Positions 25,241-36,556 of a DNA stretch of 64,000 bases are shown here, piece by piece. The DNA comes from Octopus vulgaris (Eukaryota): contig OX597831.1 in the NCBI GenBank assembly GCA_951406725.2, positions 31,372,001 to 31,436,000 of the forward strand, read 5' to 3'. The first letter of the stretch is position 1, and every line of letters starts with the position of its first letter. The notes under the pieces were generated by a model. The model made no database searches. It was given only the letters and a program-made list of their open reading frames with translations, and was not told the origin of the DNA. A program made the translations under genes and the position numbers.

Positions 25241-28200
25241 GAGTTTTTTAATTTGGCGCTAGCTTTTCAAAGGTTACCAAGCACAATGAATCAAGCAAAG
25301 TTTTTGACCCTAGGTATATAGTGAGACCTGCTGATGAGAATTAAGGGTGGTAAACTCTCAAAATTGGATATCAGTTGATCCAGGAATATTTGTTTTCTCA
25401 TGCTACAGCTTTCTGCCACAATAGTGAGCTAATTTCTTTGCTCGTAGCCTGATTTCTTTCGTGCTTGGTATTTTTCCAGTGATTGGTGGTTTTCTTAGAG
25501 GATTTTTTAACTGATTTTTACAACAACGTTGACACCATGTGTGCCCTATTATAATTCTAAAATTTTGGATTTGCCATTTATAAGCTTTTACTCGTTGGCC
25601 ACCTATATTATTGTTCTTATTCATTTTACTAACGATAATAATTAATAACAATCCTCTTAAAAGATTTTGTCTTGCAAGTATTTGGTGACCCTGTCAGTGC
25701 AGGTGCCACTTAAAAGCACCCAGTCCACACTGTAAAGTGGTTAGTGCTCAGAAGGGCATCCAACTATAAAAACCTTGCCAAAACTAACCTCGCTTGTGCC
25801 ACATAAAAAGCACTACTCACCTTACCTGTGGTTGTGCCACATAAAAAGCACTAAGTCCACTCTGCTGAGTGGTTGGTATTAGGAAGGGCAACAAGCTGTT
25901 AAAAATTCTGCCAAAACAGTCACAGAAGTTCAGTGCAGGCTTCGGCCTGGCCAGCTCTTGTGGTACCATCCCACCCATGCTAAAATGGAACATGGATGTT
26001 AAATGATGATGATGATGATCTATATAATTATTTTTGAATATTTATTTATTTAGTCATTTTATTCACTGACACCATTTTCGAATTTGGCGCTAGCTTTCAA
26101 CAGTTACCAAGCACAATGAATCGAGCAAAGTTTTTAACCCTAGGTATATAGTAGTGAGACCTGCTGATGAGAATTAAGGGAAGTAAACTCTCAAAATTTG
26201 ATATCAGTTGATCCAGAGATATCTATTTCCTCATTCTACAGCTTTCTGTCAAGATGCTAAGTTAATGTCTTTGCTCATAACCCAATTTCTGTTGTGCTTA
26301 TTTTTCCAGTGATTGGTGGGTTTTCTTAGAGGATTTTTCGAGTTTGATTTTCACAACAATGCTGGCACCGCATGTGCCCTAATTATAATTATAAATTAAT
26401 TACAAAATTTTGGCTTTGCCAGTTATCGGCTTCTGCTTGTTGGCCACCTGTATTGTTATTGTTATTATTCATTTTACTAATGAAAATAATTAATAACAAT
26501 ATCTATATAAACATATTTGAATATTTATTCATTTAGCATATATATCTCTCTATATATAAACGGCAGTTTGTGTGTCTGTCAGGTTGTACCCTCACCCTGA
26601 CCACGACTTTCAACCGATTCTGATGAAACTTGACACACACATAGCCCAATGTCATAATTCAAAACTAACACAGCGAAAATTTTGAAAAGTTCCCCCAGTT
26701 CTGAAAAAATCGATAAATTCAACATGGGGTCAAGAATCTAAGCTTTTTATATGCAACACATCTGGGCTGTACGTGGGCTGTTCACGCGTTGGGAGGCACA
26801 ATGATGTTTTCATGTTTTCGCCCAAAGGGACAGCTAGGATCATCGTATACACAGAAGTATTCGAGTGAAGAGGAGACATTGCAACCTACACATGCGCCTT
26901 CATTCCCTAGAGGGAAAGGACTAGATTGGGATTGATCGTTGCCTACTAGGGGCTCTTACATACCCGGGCAATGCCGGGCTATGCTGCTAGTATATATATA
27001 TATATATATAGACTCACTCACACACAAGTGGGGACATGAATACAAAACAAGGTGGAAAAAATATTACTCAACTACTGAAGTAATATGTTTCCTATTAAAT
27101 CCAAAAGAATCTCCACAAACTGTTACTCAGAGTTTCACATTATTGCTTGTTGGAGAGTAATAATGATACTCTGAAAGAAAAGTGTATGTGTGTGTGCATA
27201 TATATAATTCACTTACAAGGCTTTGGTTGGCCTGGGGCTATCTACAAGACACTTGCCCAAAGTTACATGCAGTGGGACCGAACCTGAGACTACATGGTTG
27301 GTAAGCAAACTCCTTAACCACACAACTAAGCTCACATTTATGGCATACACACACACATACACAAGGTTTCCAATTGTTTATTTTATTTTTATATTGCAAG
27401 AAAGGAGGGCATAAGAACAACTATATATGGGAAGGCTTAGTAAAAACAAAGGTAAAGGTAAAGATGAGAGAGGGATAAGGGGGTGGGGTAACGAAAAAAA
27501 TCACTATCAAACAAGAATTCCAATTAAGTTGCTTTTAAGAAAATAAGAGAAAGTCTGCCAAAATGACTGGAACCGAAAGACAGAGACAAAACACATTGCA
27601 GGTAAAGCAAAGTAAAATTCACACAGAAATAAAAACAATAATAAAAAAAAATAAACAAATTAGCTTACTTGACGTCTTCTTGAAATGCAAACCCAATCTC
27701 TCAATGAAATAATTTTTAGCTTTTTCATATTCTTTCATTTTTTTGCTGACGCTATTATCTTGTTTGGATATCACTAAAACAGAAGAGAACAATCACATAA
27801 ACGAACTAATATTTTACATTTATTTATATTTTTGCTCACAAATTTACTTCATATATGTTATTAGATTAGTATAACAGTGCTGTCAAAGTGACAGCTATTT
27901 CAATCAGATTCTTTTAGCGATTATTCCTTGTAGCTGGTTACACAATTTCTATTGTTCCTTAGTCTTCCAGGAGATTTCAAACTACTTAATCTGAACTTTC
28001 TTTTCCATTTCCATCACGGTAACAGAAAATGTCAATGTGATGGTAAGAAGGAAAACAAGATACAAATAATTTTTATTCGTTATTTATATCTCATTTGCAA
28101 AAAAAAAAAAAAAAAAAAAAAATTAGATTGTGTCTCTTGAAACAATCTCTTGTTTAACCTTGATGAAAGAATTATCGCCTGGAGAAAAGTGAAGGCCTGC

Positions 28201-29545
28201 TTTAGGCAAAGGGGTTGGTGGGCTTTGACCTTTTCACTACATTTCTGAGGAAATAGTTTGTTATTTTTGTAATTAATTTGGAAAATAATTAAGAATATAG
28301 GAAATTAATTTGTCATTAGTAAGCTGGCGTTTGGAACATAAATTAGCATGAAATCTTAAATGGGAAATTCTAATTTTTATCTTTCATTTGTTTTCAATCA
28401 TTGGACTGTGGCCATGCTGGAGCACTGCCTTGGAGTGTCTAACTGAACAAATCAATCACAGGACTTGCTTTTTAAGTCTGATGCTTATTCTATTCTCTTT
28501 TACTACACTGCTAAGTTATGGAAACATAAGTAAAACCTAGTAAGATTAAATACATTAAAAAAAAATGTAGGGAATATGCAGCATAAAAATAGGAAATGGA
28601 ACATTTTATGGTATAACCCAGTATTTAATCTAGTAGTAAAAACTAATGTAGCTAGAGAATTTCTTAATAGATCACAATTTATTGGCAGTGCACAGGTATA
28701 GAAAAATATTGAATAGAAACTGATTTAAGGTTAGTTATTCAGCTTGCATAAATTCTGGGAGTTGTATCAGGTTAGAATACCATGAAACTGAACGGAAGAA
28801 AGATGCAAGCAGCTAGCCAACAAAGATCATGCAATTGTAGAACTCAAAGAGAACAGTCCAGTAGACAGTAACTGTCTGGCAAAGTTGATAGTAAACAGTA
28901 GTGATGAACCTAAAACATAGTTGCTATTATGAGAATTAATATTCACTTGTCAGCCCTGACAGAAAATGTGCTACTGCTTGGATGAGACAAGTCCTCATGA
29001 ATTCAAAATTATCTGGTCTAGATAATGTACAACCATACAGGATTGGGTGCTTCAAATCAAAGATGTGGTGTGATCTTTGAGTGAAAAACTGAGAATTTCG
29101 AGTCAAGACACCAACAGTTCAAACAAAAGAACTGAACAGTTAATGCCTTGTACACATGTCGCCAACTATCTTTTAAGCAAATACAAGCCACCTTGAATTT
29201 TTTTCCAGTTCAGAAAAAAAAACATATAGTGGTCGTATACTGTCAACTCAATGTGACAGTCCCATTAGGGAATTACACCAGCGCCATTTAGCCCTAGGAA
29301 ACGTCGACATCTCCTGTCGGCTTTGACACATTTTCTGTGTTCTTATATTTGCAGGGGGGGGGGGGCAATCACCCCTCCGCATGCCGGGACGAGGCACCTG
29401 AAGACATATGCTTCTGAGTGTATTGCTCATCGTCAGTCCAGAGTAGCCTGCCTCGCTCGCTGAGATGACTGCAACCCATCTGCAAATATATCATATTATC
29501 AGTAAAATTTATTTACTGATCACAAAACATAGTTTATAGCAAAAG

Positions 29546-29581
<36 letters not shown>

Positions 29582-31494
29582 ATACACACAAAGCAGATGT
29601 GCATGAAGTATGATCAGTTCTAAAAATAGCAGCCGGTAAGCTATCACCGCTATGTAGAGCTTCACTGAATGTTTACAAGTACAGATCTTTGCAGACGGTG
29701 AATAGAGGAAAATTCTGTCTGACCTCTATAGACACTGTTAGAGGAATGAAAGATAAACAATACTGCAGTTTCAAACTTTTCGGATCACATGCATGAGCTC
29801 GAATCCGATTGGTCATTTCCAGTTGAATCTACCATTGATGACCAAATTTTAAAATATCCATATGTCCCTGCCTGTTTACTTGGCTGAAAAAAATATATTA
29901 TTAAAACTGATATTACTGTCCAGTAAGAATAAAGCACCATCAAAGGTAGAATTATAAATATAAATATACAAAGAGGATGTACACGAAGTACAATCATTGA
30001 TAGAAATAGCAGCTGGTAAGACAGAATTTTCCTATATTTACTGCCCACAAACATCTCTGCCTGTAAATATTCAATGAAGCTCTACATAATGCCGATAGCT
30101 TACCGGCTGCTACTTCTAGCTATGAAGAGTGGCTCGATGCCAGTGCTACCTGATTGGCTTCCCATGCCGGTGGCACGTAAAAAGCACAATCCAATCATGG
30201 TTGACGCCAGTGACCCCACCAAAACTGGCTCCTGTGCCGGTGGCACATAAAAAGCACCACCTGAATGTGGTCAATGCCAGTACCACCTGACTGGCACCTG
30301 TGCCGGTGGCATGTAGAAAGCACCCACTACACTCTCAGAGTGATTGGCATTAGGAAGGGCAACCAGCTGTAGAAACCTTGCCAGATCAGATTGGAGCCTG
30401 GTGCAGCCTACCGACTTGCCAGTTCTCAGTCAAACCATCCAACACATGCCAGCATGGAAAGCAGACGTTAAATGATAATGATCGTACTTTGTGTACATCC
30501 TCTTTGTATATTCATATTTATAATTCTACCTTTTATGGTACTTTATTCTTGCTGGATAGTTCATATCATTTTTAATAATATTTATATTTCTTGTGGTATA
30601 TACTCGGTCTATGGTACTTGGTCCAAGTATATGTAGTATATGAAGACCTGTTGAGGCAAGTGAAAATCAAAATCGAAATCGATCAACATCAATGGAAATT
30701 GTAGCTGTGATACCAGTGCCAGTGGCACGTGAGAGAACCATCCGAACGTGGCTGTTGCCAGGGCCGCCCCAACTGGCCTCCGTGCCGGTGGCACGTAAAA
30801 AAGCACCATTCGATCGTGGCCGTTTGCCAGCCGCAGGTGGCACGTAAAAAGCACCCACTACACTCAAGGAGTGGTTGGCGTTAGGAAGGGCATCCAGCTG
30901 TAGAAACACTGCCAGATCAGACTGGGCCTGGCGCAGCCTTCTGGCTTCCCTGACCCCAGTTGAACCGTCCAACCCATGCTAGCATGGAAAACGGACATTA
31001 AACGATGATGATGGTCTAGCAAGTTATGGAGGGAGAAAACTCAGAGTAAGGCCCACATGGTCTGTTAGAAAGTATAGCCAAATCTTCCCTCATATCACCC
31101 TTTATTCATCTTAAAAAAAGTGAAAATACATTGAGTATTACAGTCCTAGTTATACATTGCATTACAGGACAACAGAAAAACAGAAAATAGACAGAATGGT
31201 CATAGCAGGAATGCCTTCAAACATAGGTCTGTTCTATCAGAACCAACTTGGAGCAAAGCAGGAACTAGCCAATCTACTTACGATCCTTCTCTTGATGTAT
31301 TTTCTCCATCATTAACATCAAGTCTTTTTCCATTTGTTCCTTCTTGTGGATGAGGTCATTGGCTTCGGAATTTACTTCACGGTAAACAGCCTTCAGTTCT
31401 TGCATTTTACAATTACGTTCCTCAAGGACACGGCACTTTTTCTGAGATTCTTCCTGCTTCTTCTCCAAAATTAGATTCATCTCTTGGCATTTTT
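11352..31494 (-). CDS. SPC25: Kinetochore protein Spc25 (NDC80 complex), spliced CDS, 5'-incomplete: join of 31282-31494, 27669-27773, 14567-14665, 11352-11473
   Basis: Four GT-AG exons, all phase 1, splice into one open frame: (E)KCQEMNLILEKKQEESQKK...KIHQEKD-LISKQDNSVSKKMKEYEKAKNYFIERLGLHFKKTS-SDRIQMVFKSINHRKPNKLYIFSIKIDENSKYL-VTECHPLVPNIEELVQKLNATNNLSNFILSMRKAFKSLCH*. A coiled coil is followed by the Spc25 RWD-domain motifs RLGL, Q.vF..I, F.i.i and TNN.S.F...RKAF. Confidence 0.93.
11622..11785 (-). mobile_element. 3' part of hammerhead-bearing short element (inverted copy)
   Basis: Reverse complement matches 12255-12410. Confidence 0.85.
11669..11714 (-). ncRNA. Minimal type I hammerhead ribozyme candidate
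   Basis: GACAG-CTGATGA-A-GGCTGG(AGGGTATA)CCAGCC-GAAAC-GTT-GTGTT: intact core, 6-bp stem II, palindromic AACGTT stem III; first pair of stem I is mismatched. Confidence 0.65.
11795..12180 (-). mobile_element. SINE family C, full length, TSD tgggca
   Basis: Reverse complement of 3306-3690; tgggca flanks both sides (11789-11794 and 12181-12186). Confidence 0.9.
12181..12435 (+). mobile_element. Short element with tRNA-like head plus decayed hammerhead
   Basis: A box tggcgtagtag, anticodon-like stem-loop ggg-ctactaa-ccc, B box gagttcgactcc; hammerhead at 12320-12365 with CpG-type G>A decay (AAAAC, CATT). Confidence 0.75.
13040..13268 (+). mobile_element. SINE family A monomer with TSD ggtatctaaat
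   Basis: Family A consensus; direct repeat on both flanks. Confidence 0.9.
14567..14665 (-). CDS. SPC25: SPC25 coding exon (RWD beta strands), 99 nt, phase 1-1
   Basis: Acceptor tctcttccctgacag, donor gtaagt; DRIQMVFKSINHRKPNKLYIFSIKIDENSKYL. Confidence 0.92.
16500..17420 (+). mobile_element. Degenerate RLE-type (HERO-like) non-LTR retrotransposon 3' end
   Basis: QPDMFLLLKSAKIINVVELAEP*E...KETKYQDLVKEALIKEW..FPIKVSHPGF...LKKAI|KEISMAAETSSRWL*: PD..EL..P.E..KY..L..P.EVG.RGF restriction-like endonuclease pattern. Confidence 0.7.
17119..17345 (+). mobile_element. piggyBac-type MITE with TTAA TSD
   Basis: ttaa-ccctttagtgttta...tgaacactaaagag-ttaa; removing it restores the host LINE frame (GCC ATT AAG GAG). 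Confidence 0.88.
18647..18880 (-). mobile_element. RTE-LINE 3' UTR-derived repeat (family D)
   Basis: (cat)n tail, aacgtccgctttccatgctagcatggg, gcccttcctaacgccaaccactcc-like motif. Confidence 0.85.
21330..22025 (-). mobile_element. RTE LINE 3' fragment
   Basis: RIRIAWAKFRKLLPLL...KGRLYDACVQTAMLHGSETW, followed by family D-type 3' UTR. Confidence 0.88.
22332..23135 (-). mobile_element. 5'-truncated CR1-clade LINE, intact C-terminal ORF (22410-23135) with (ATT)n tail
   Basis: WQLKLAVDKC, ERDLG, LYTAMVRPHLEFASSIWNP, LESVQRRATK, TRGH, FFTLRVAEAWNKLP. Confidence 0.92.
24080..24310 (+). mobile_element. SINE family A monomer
   Basis: Family A consensus; TSD-like ggttttctcc. Confidence 0.88.
24620..24890 (-). 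mobile_element. Penelope-like element RT thumb fragment
   Basis: LLDVTLDLSTGIYKPYHKPNANPKYIHKSCNHPRCITQSIIEQISTQISDLSANKEIFKLNEDFYNLALEK matches the PLE FLDv.....Y.KP.....Y....SNHP pattern. Confidence 0.85.
24820..25204. repeat. Large fold-back palindrome
   Basis: ~135-bp unique arms with about two differences, plus mirrored (TA)n/(CAT)n, centred on tttagcg-tc-cgctaaa (24985-24986). Confidence 0.93.
25245..26500 (+). repeat. ~400-bp diverged direct repeat (25245-25650 and 26075-26500) separated by a family D copy
   Basis: Both start aatttggcgctagc, contain gagacctgctgatgagaatt and end taattaataacaat. Confidence 0.85.
26545..26990 (+). mobile_element. Non-autonomous Helitron
   Basis: 5' TC start, 3' hairpin cccgggcaatgccggg followed by CTAG, inserted between A and T, no TSD. 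Confidence 0.8.
27669..27773 (-). CDS. SPC25: SPC25 coding exon, 105 nt, phase 1-1
   Basis: Acceptor ctcttctgttttag, donor gtaagc; ISKQDNSVSKKMKEYEKAKNYFIERLGLHFKKTS contains the RLGL motif. Confidence 0.92.
29398..29441 (-). ncRNA. Minimal type I hammerhead ribozyme candidate
   Basis: CTGGA-CTGACGA-TGAG(CAATACA)CTCA-GAAGC-ATAT-GTC-TTCAG: stem I 5 bp, stem II 4 bp, near-palindromic stem III, GUC site; A15.1 reads G. Confidence 0.55.
29620..30120. mobile_element. MITE-like element with ~65-bp imperfect TIRs
   Basis: ctaaaaatagcagccggtaagctatc...gtagagcttcactgaatgtttaca is mirrored at 30053-30120. Confidence 0.75.
30125..31012 (+). mobile_element. Two family D (RTE 3' UTR-derived) repeats with internal gtgccggtggcacgtaaaaagcacc tandem units
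   Basis: Copies at 30125-30482 and 30640-31012, each ending in a (gat)n-like tail. Confidence 0.85.
31282..31494 (-). CDS. SPC25: SPC25 coding exon (coiled coil), 213 nt, phase 1-1
   Basis: Acceptor tgtgtttttcag, donor gtaagt; open frame KCQEMNLILEKKQEESQKKCRVLEERNCKMQELKAVYREVNSEANDLIHKKEQMEKDLMLMMEKIHQEKD. Confidence 0.88.
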
Positions 31495-31686
31495 CTGAAA
31501 AACACAATAAATATATAAATAAACAAACAAACAAATGGTTAACACCCAACAAAAATAAGCAAAGTATATGCTATCTGCACAGCACCTTGTGCAAGTGTAT
31601 TCATCTATAACCACTACCTGATTAATGTCTTGAGAGTGAATTGATTGACAGAAGGTGTTTAGCAGCCTGCAGTATATAAATATATA

Positions 31687-32210
31687 TGTAGGGCACTGCC
31701 CAAGGATTTATGACAGATGAACTGTAGACAAGAACTTCACTGTGGGCTAGTTAGGGAGTTAGTCTGTAGCAGAGTGAACTTCTGGTTAAGTAGGCCTTCC
31801 ACTAAGTAGGCAGCTGTCGCCCTAATGTATTTAACTAAATAAATCTTTTAACACAATCTGGGCCTCCATTAATGTTTTTGTGTATAGCTTAACTAAAGCT
31901 ATAACTGATGACCCCACAGAAGAACAGCAGCTTTTGTTATCGAAGCAAACAGAAAATCAAGGAAACATGGCAAGTGATCACACAACAGCAGTGAAGCTAT
32001 CACAATTCTGGCTGAAGAGGGTTCAGCTATGGTTTGAGCAGGTGGAAGCACAATCTAACAGAGAGAAAATAACTTCAGACATAAAGAAATATTCGTACAT
32101 AGTAGCGACACTAGATGAGGACACAGAAACAAGGGTGGTGGACATTTTAACCCAACCACCAGCAATGCACAAATGCACCACATTATAAGACAGGCTGGTG
32201 GATACATATT
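31687..32210 (+). mobile_element. Gypsy LTR retrotransposon relic: 5' LTR, PBS-like site and gag N-terminus
   Basis: TGTAGGG start, internal aataaa, ctgatgacccc PBS-like site, then MASDHTTAVKLSQFWLKRVQLWFEQVEAQ...ITSDIKKYSYIVATLD...VVDILTQPP (Gypsy gag VKLP.FW...WF.Q.EAQ pattern). Confidence 0.8.
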
Positions 32211-32215
32211 GAAGT

Positions 32216-32406
32216 TTATCACAACTTCAATATTGCTGTTCTGTAGGAATCGATGTTATTACCGTTTTTAACTCCAAGAGGAGCCTCCACCAAATGGTTA
32301 TTGATGCAATCAATAACCAGCTGAAGGAGGCTCCTCCTGGGGTAAAAAAAAAAGAAAGGTAGTAATGTCAGTTTCTATGGAATAGCCATATCGAAGTGGT
32401 GGTAAA
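32216..32406. repeat. ~190-bp imperfect palindrome (hairpin MITE-like)
   Basis: Centred on ggttattgat-gca-atcaataacc; arms ggagcctcc/ggaggctcc and acttcaatattgct/agccatatcgaagt. Confidence 0.75.
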
Positions 32407-32834
32407 CATTACTTATAGTCGTGTATATATCATCATCATCATCATTTAACGTCCGCTTTCCATGCTAGCATGGGTTGGACGATTTGACTGAGGACTGGTG
32501 AACCAGATGGCTGTGCCAGGCTCCAATCTGATCTGACAGAGCTTCTACAGCTGGATGCCCTTCCTAATGCCAACCACTCCGAGAGTGTAGTGGGTGCTTT
32601 TAAAGTGCCACCAGCACAAGGGCCAGTCTGGCGGTACTGGCAATGGCCACGCTCGAAAATGGCATGTAAAAGCACCCATTATGCTCTTGGAGTGGTTGGC
32701 ATTAGGAAGGGCAACCAGCCATAGAAAACCATGTCAGATCATACTGGAGTCTGGTGCAGACTTCCAGTGCGCCAGCCCAGTCAAACTGTCCAACCCATGC
32801 CAGATTAGACAGTGGATATTAAATGATGATGAAG

Positions 32835-32872
<38 letters not shown>

Positions 32873-32969
32873 CGGGAAGCTTTATGAAAATAAACAAACG
32901 ACGAAGGCAGGTGGAATACAAACAAACAATTGTATTAGTATGGCGCTCAGGAATATTAATAAAACAAGT

Positions 32970-33005
32970 CTTTTACGTTTCGAGCCTACGCTCTTCAACA
33001 GAAAG
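32970..33005 (-). ncRNA. Minimal hammerhead-like fold (variant core CUGUUGA)
   Basis: CTTT-CTGTTGA-A-GAGC(GTAG)GCTC-GAAAC-GTA-AAAG; stems I and II perfect, ACGT palindromic stem III. Confidence 0.5.
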
Positions 33006-33101
33006 ATACACAGAAAAGAAACACGGAGAGAAACAAGGAGAGAAAAAAAATGCGTGCAGAAGCTAGCGAATCAACATGGCGACACACACACACACACATA
33101 T

Positions 33102-35110
33102 GCAAAGGTGGGCACCATTAATAGAAAAGTAAACTTCATTAATTGTTAATGTGTTACCCAAAAAGTTAACTTCATTGATCGTTAATTCTTTGAAAATGTA
33201 ACGGAAGTTAACATTAACTTTGATTGAAGAAAGGCATAAACTACAGTTTAATTCCCCACCGCCTTTGTTGCCTCATAACTTCCAGAAAAATGGATACTTT
33301 TTAATGAAACTTTCACCAAATAATAATAATTATATCCTGTAAATTGAGTGTATGTACAGGTTTGCTGGGAAAAAAATTTTCCGAGGGGTTGCAGAGAGAA
33401 GTTTCGGAAAATTCACAGAACCTGATATTTCCTCCTCATAACTTTCTGGAAAATAGGTATTTTTTAATGCAATTTTATACACCCTCTCACCACCAGTCTG
33501 AAATGATTTGGGCCTTTTTTTTTTTTTTTATTTACTATGCACTTAAAACTTGTGAGAGAAACATTTTCAGTTTAAGGGAAAAAAATCGTTAATAATCTCA
33601 GAAGAAAATGTGTGATTTAAGGGAGATCTGGCTGTTGTTTCTAGCACATCCGAAAACCTCCCTCCTTGTTTCTTTCTCACTCACACATCTATTGATATTT
33701 TTTCAATATTTTTCCCACCATAAAACAACTTTTATGGAATGATGATATCAAAGTAACACACTTTTAGTCCAACCCAAGAGACGACATGTTATGTGTGTGT
33801 GTAAGAAAGAAAATATCTTTAGTGTTCATATTAATCAGTGAAATGTAATGCTTATTTGTTCACATTATTTTAAATTATTCAGGTTCAACTGAAGTATCCA
33901 CTATATATTTTTTTGTAACTTTGTAAATTCTTTTACATACAGATTTGAAATTTTGTCAGTGGGTGCTTTATATACCACTGGTTTACAGTTATGTAATTTT
34001 AACTGATCTTGCTGAGTAAATTTGACTTTTATGGGCAGGTAAATTTAATAAACAGGTGTAAAAGCAATAATATTATGGATAAACACTAAAATTGAAATTC
34101 TTAATGCGTCTCACCTGCTTGATTTGTTACTAAAATTATCTCAGATGACAACCAACAAAAATCTAGCCATTTTTCAAGAAGAGGTACTCTCTTTTTACTC
34201 TATTACTTGTTTCAGTCATTTGACTGCGGCCATGCTGGAGCACCGCCTTTAATCGAGCAAATTGACCCTAGGACTTATTCTTTGTAAGCCTAGTACTTTT
34301 TCTATCGGTTCCTTTGCTGAACCGCTAAGTTACGGGGAATAATTTTTTCAGGTGCATTCAACGTATTGACCTCCAAACCTACTACAAGTCACATTTTTTC
34401 GGAAAAGAAAAGTGAGAGGGGTGGTGGGGACCTCGAAGTTTCTCACCAAGGGAGTTTTGTTTTGCAGGTCTTCTTTTCTTTTCCATGTCATTTTGCATGC
34501 TTTCAATGAAATTGACATCAAAATCACATGTAAACAGTTACTTTTTCCAGAAAAAGGAAAGATTTGGCTGCTATTTCTAGCATGCCCTGCTACCACGTAA
34601 CAGCTATTTGTGTTCACATCGAAGTATTTATCAACTTTTACCCTTCCATTTATTTTTGGCACTTTGTGACAGTTAATATTTTCTCTGTTGACATCCACCT
34701 CAGCAAGGTCACGGATCAATTGAAAACACATCAATCACTGTTCCCTCTTGACAGGACAAAGAAATTTCCCCCGCTGTCTTGGCAAGAAACAAGTGGGTGG
34801 ATTTGGTTTCAAATGCAGGCAGGGCCAAACGTGGCCCTACAAGTTATTTATAATAAGTGGCGTTATATCAGGGTTGAAAGAACAACACACAATATTAAAT
34901 ATGCTGAGACAATCTGAAAACAATAGAAATTTTTTAAATGTTTCCTGAAAATTTCGGGTTAACAGACTTGAGTTAACAGGAGCTAAATGAAATGGAAGTT
35001 AATTAGTTCGATAATGACTTTCAAAGTTAACTTAAAATTTAAATCACTAACGAAAATGTTAATTTCATTAATTAACAATTAACAGATTAACAGACTTATG
35101 CCCAGCTCTG
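33102..35110. mobile_element. Probable non-autonomous hAT-like DNA transposon
   Basis: Ends caaaggtgggca / tgcccagctctg with subterminal gttaac-rich arrays; possible degenerate 8-bp TSD. Confidence 0.5.
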
Positions 35111-35969
35111 TATATATGCAAACACACACATATATATACATACATAAATATTGTTATGAAAAAAGGGGGTCGAATTAATTAATTATTAATAAATTCGACC
35201 AAGCAGTATTCGGTATGTAAAGACCATTTACGGTATATTTGAAGTATTAATTTATAAAAATATGGTAAAGTAAAAGAATTCACTTTACCACACACCGAAC
35301 TTTTCAGAAATAGCAGCCAAAAATTTGGCTATTTCTTCAACTGCAAATAAAAGTCTCCAGACAATGCATACTCAGAAAAATAACTCACATAGGAATAAGG
35401 GAAAAACAATGAAAGATCACATCCATATACGATACCCGAGGACAGTCTGTTTCTGGATTTGTGGGTAAAACGCCACTTTTCCTTCATCAGCTCAGTGCAT
35501 GCATATATAATATTAAAAAAATCGAAGCCATAGCACATAAAGAATGTACATACCCACTTTCCAGATGTTTCTTATAAAAACGAAAAATTTATATCAAAAC
35601 CTGATTTATTATTTGCATATTTGTTGCGCAATATCTTTGAATAAATGTTGAGTTGAAATATAAGTATGATGTATGGGCAACATATTTAGGCATATATCGC
35701 ATGTCTTGCATTTATGCAGGTACACCACTGATATGCAATCAATATCACCATTTCATGTCTGCTTTTTTCATGCTGGCATGCGTTGGACAGGTCATTCCAG
35801 TCTGAGATTGCTTCTTACTGGAAGATCATTGCCCTCATAGGCTGATGTTTGTACGTTTCATTGTAAGCATGGTTTTGTGGTTGGACACCCTTCATATCAC
35901 CGACCACTTTACAGAGTGTGATGGATGCGTTTATAGTGCACCAGCATTATTAAATAATCTAATAAAGTT

Positions 35970-36200
35970 TACTCTTTTACCCTTTTACTTGTTTCAGTCA
36001 TGTGACTGTGGCTATGCTGGAGCACCACCTTTAGTCGATCAAATCGACCCCAGGACTTATTCTTTGTAAGCCTAGTACTTAAATTTATCAGTCTCTTTTT
36101 TGCCGAACCGCTAAGTTACGGGGACGTAAACACACCAGCATTGGTTGTTACGTGATGTTGGGGGGGGGACAAACACAGACACACACATACATATATATAC

Positions 36201-36231
<31 letters not shown>

Positions 36232-36403
36232 CATATAAATGACGGGCTTCTTTCAGTTTCCGTCTACCAAATCCACTCACAAGGCTTTGGTCGGCCCGAG
36301 GCTATAGTAGAAGACACTTACCCAAGGTGTCACGCAGTGGGACTGAACCCAGAACCATGTGGTTCGTAAGCAAGCTACTTACCACACAGCCACTCCTACG
36401 CCT
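35970..36403 (-). mobile_element. SINE family B, full length
   Basis: Family B consensus. Confidence 0.9.
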
Positions 36404-36556
36404 ATAAACGTTAACTTATTTAATATAGTGATGAGTCACTGTATCTGTAGTGAAAAAGAAATGATCTTATGATGATATAGTCAAAACAAAACAAAAAAAA
36501 CAAAAAACAGCAAGAAACACAACACCTGAATTAAAATTAATTTAAATATAGAATAT

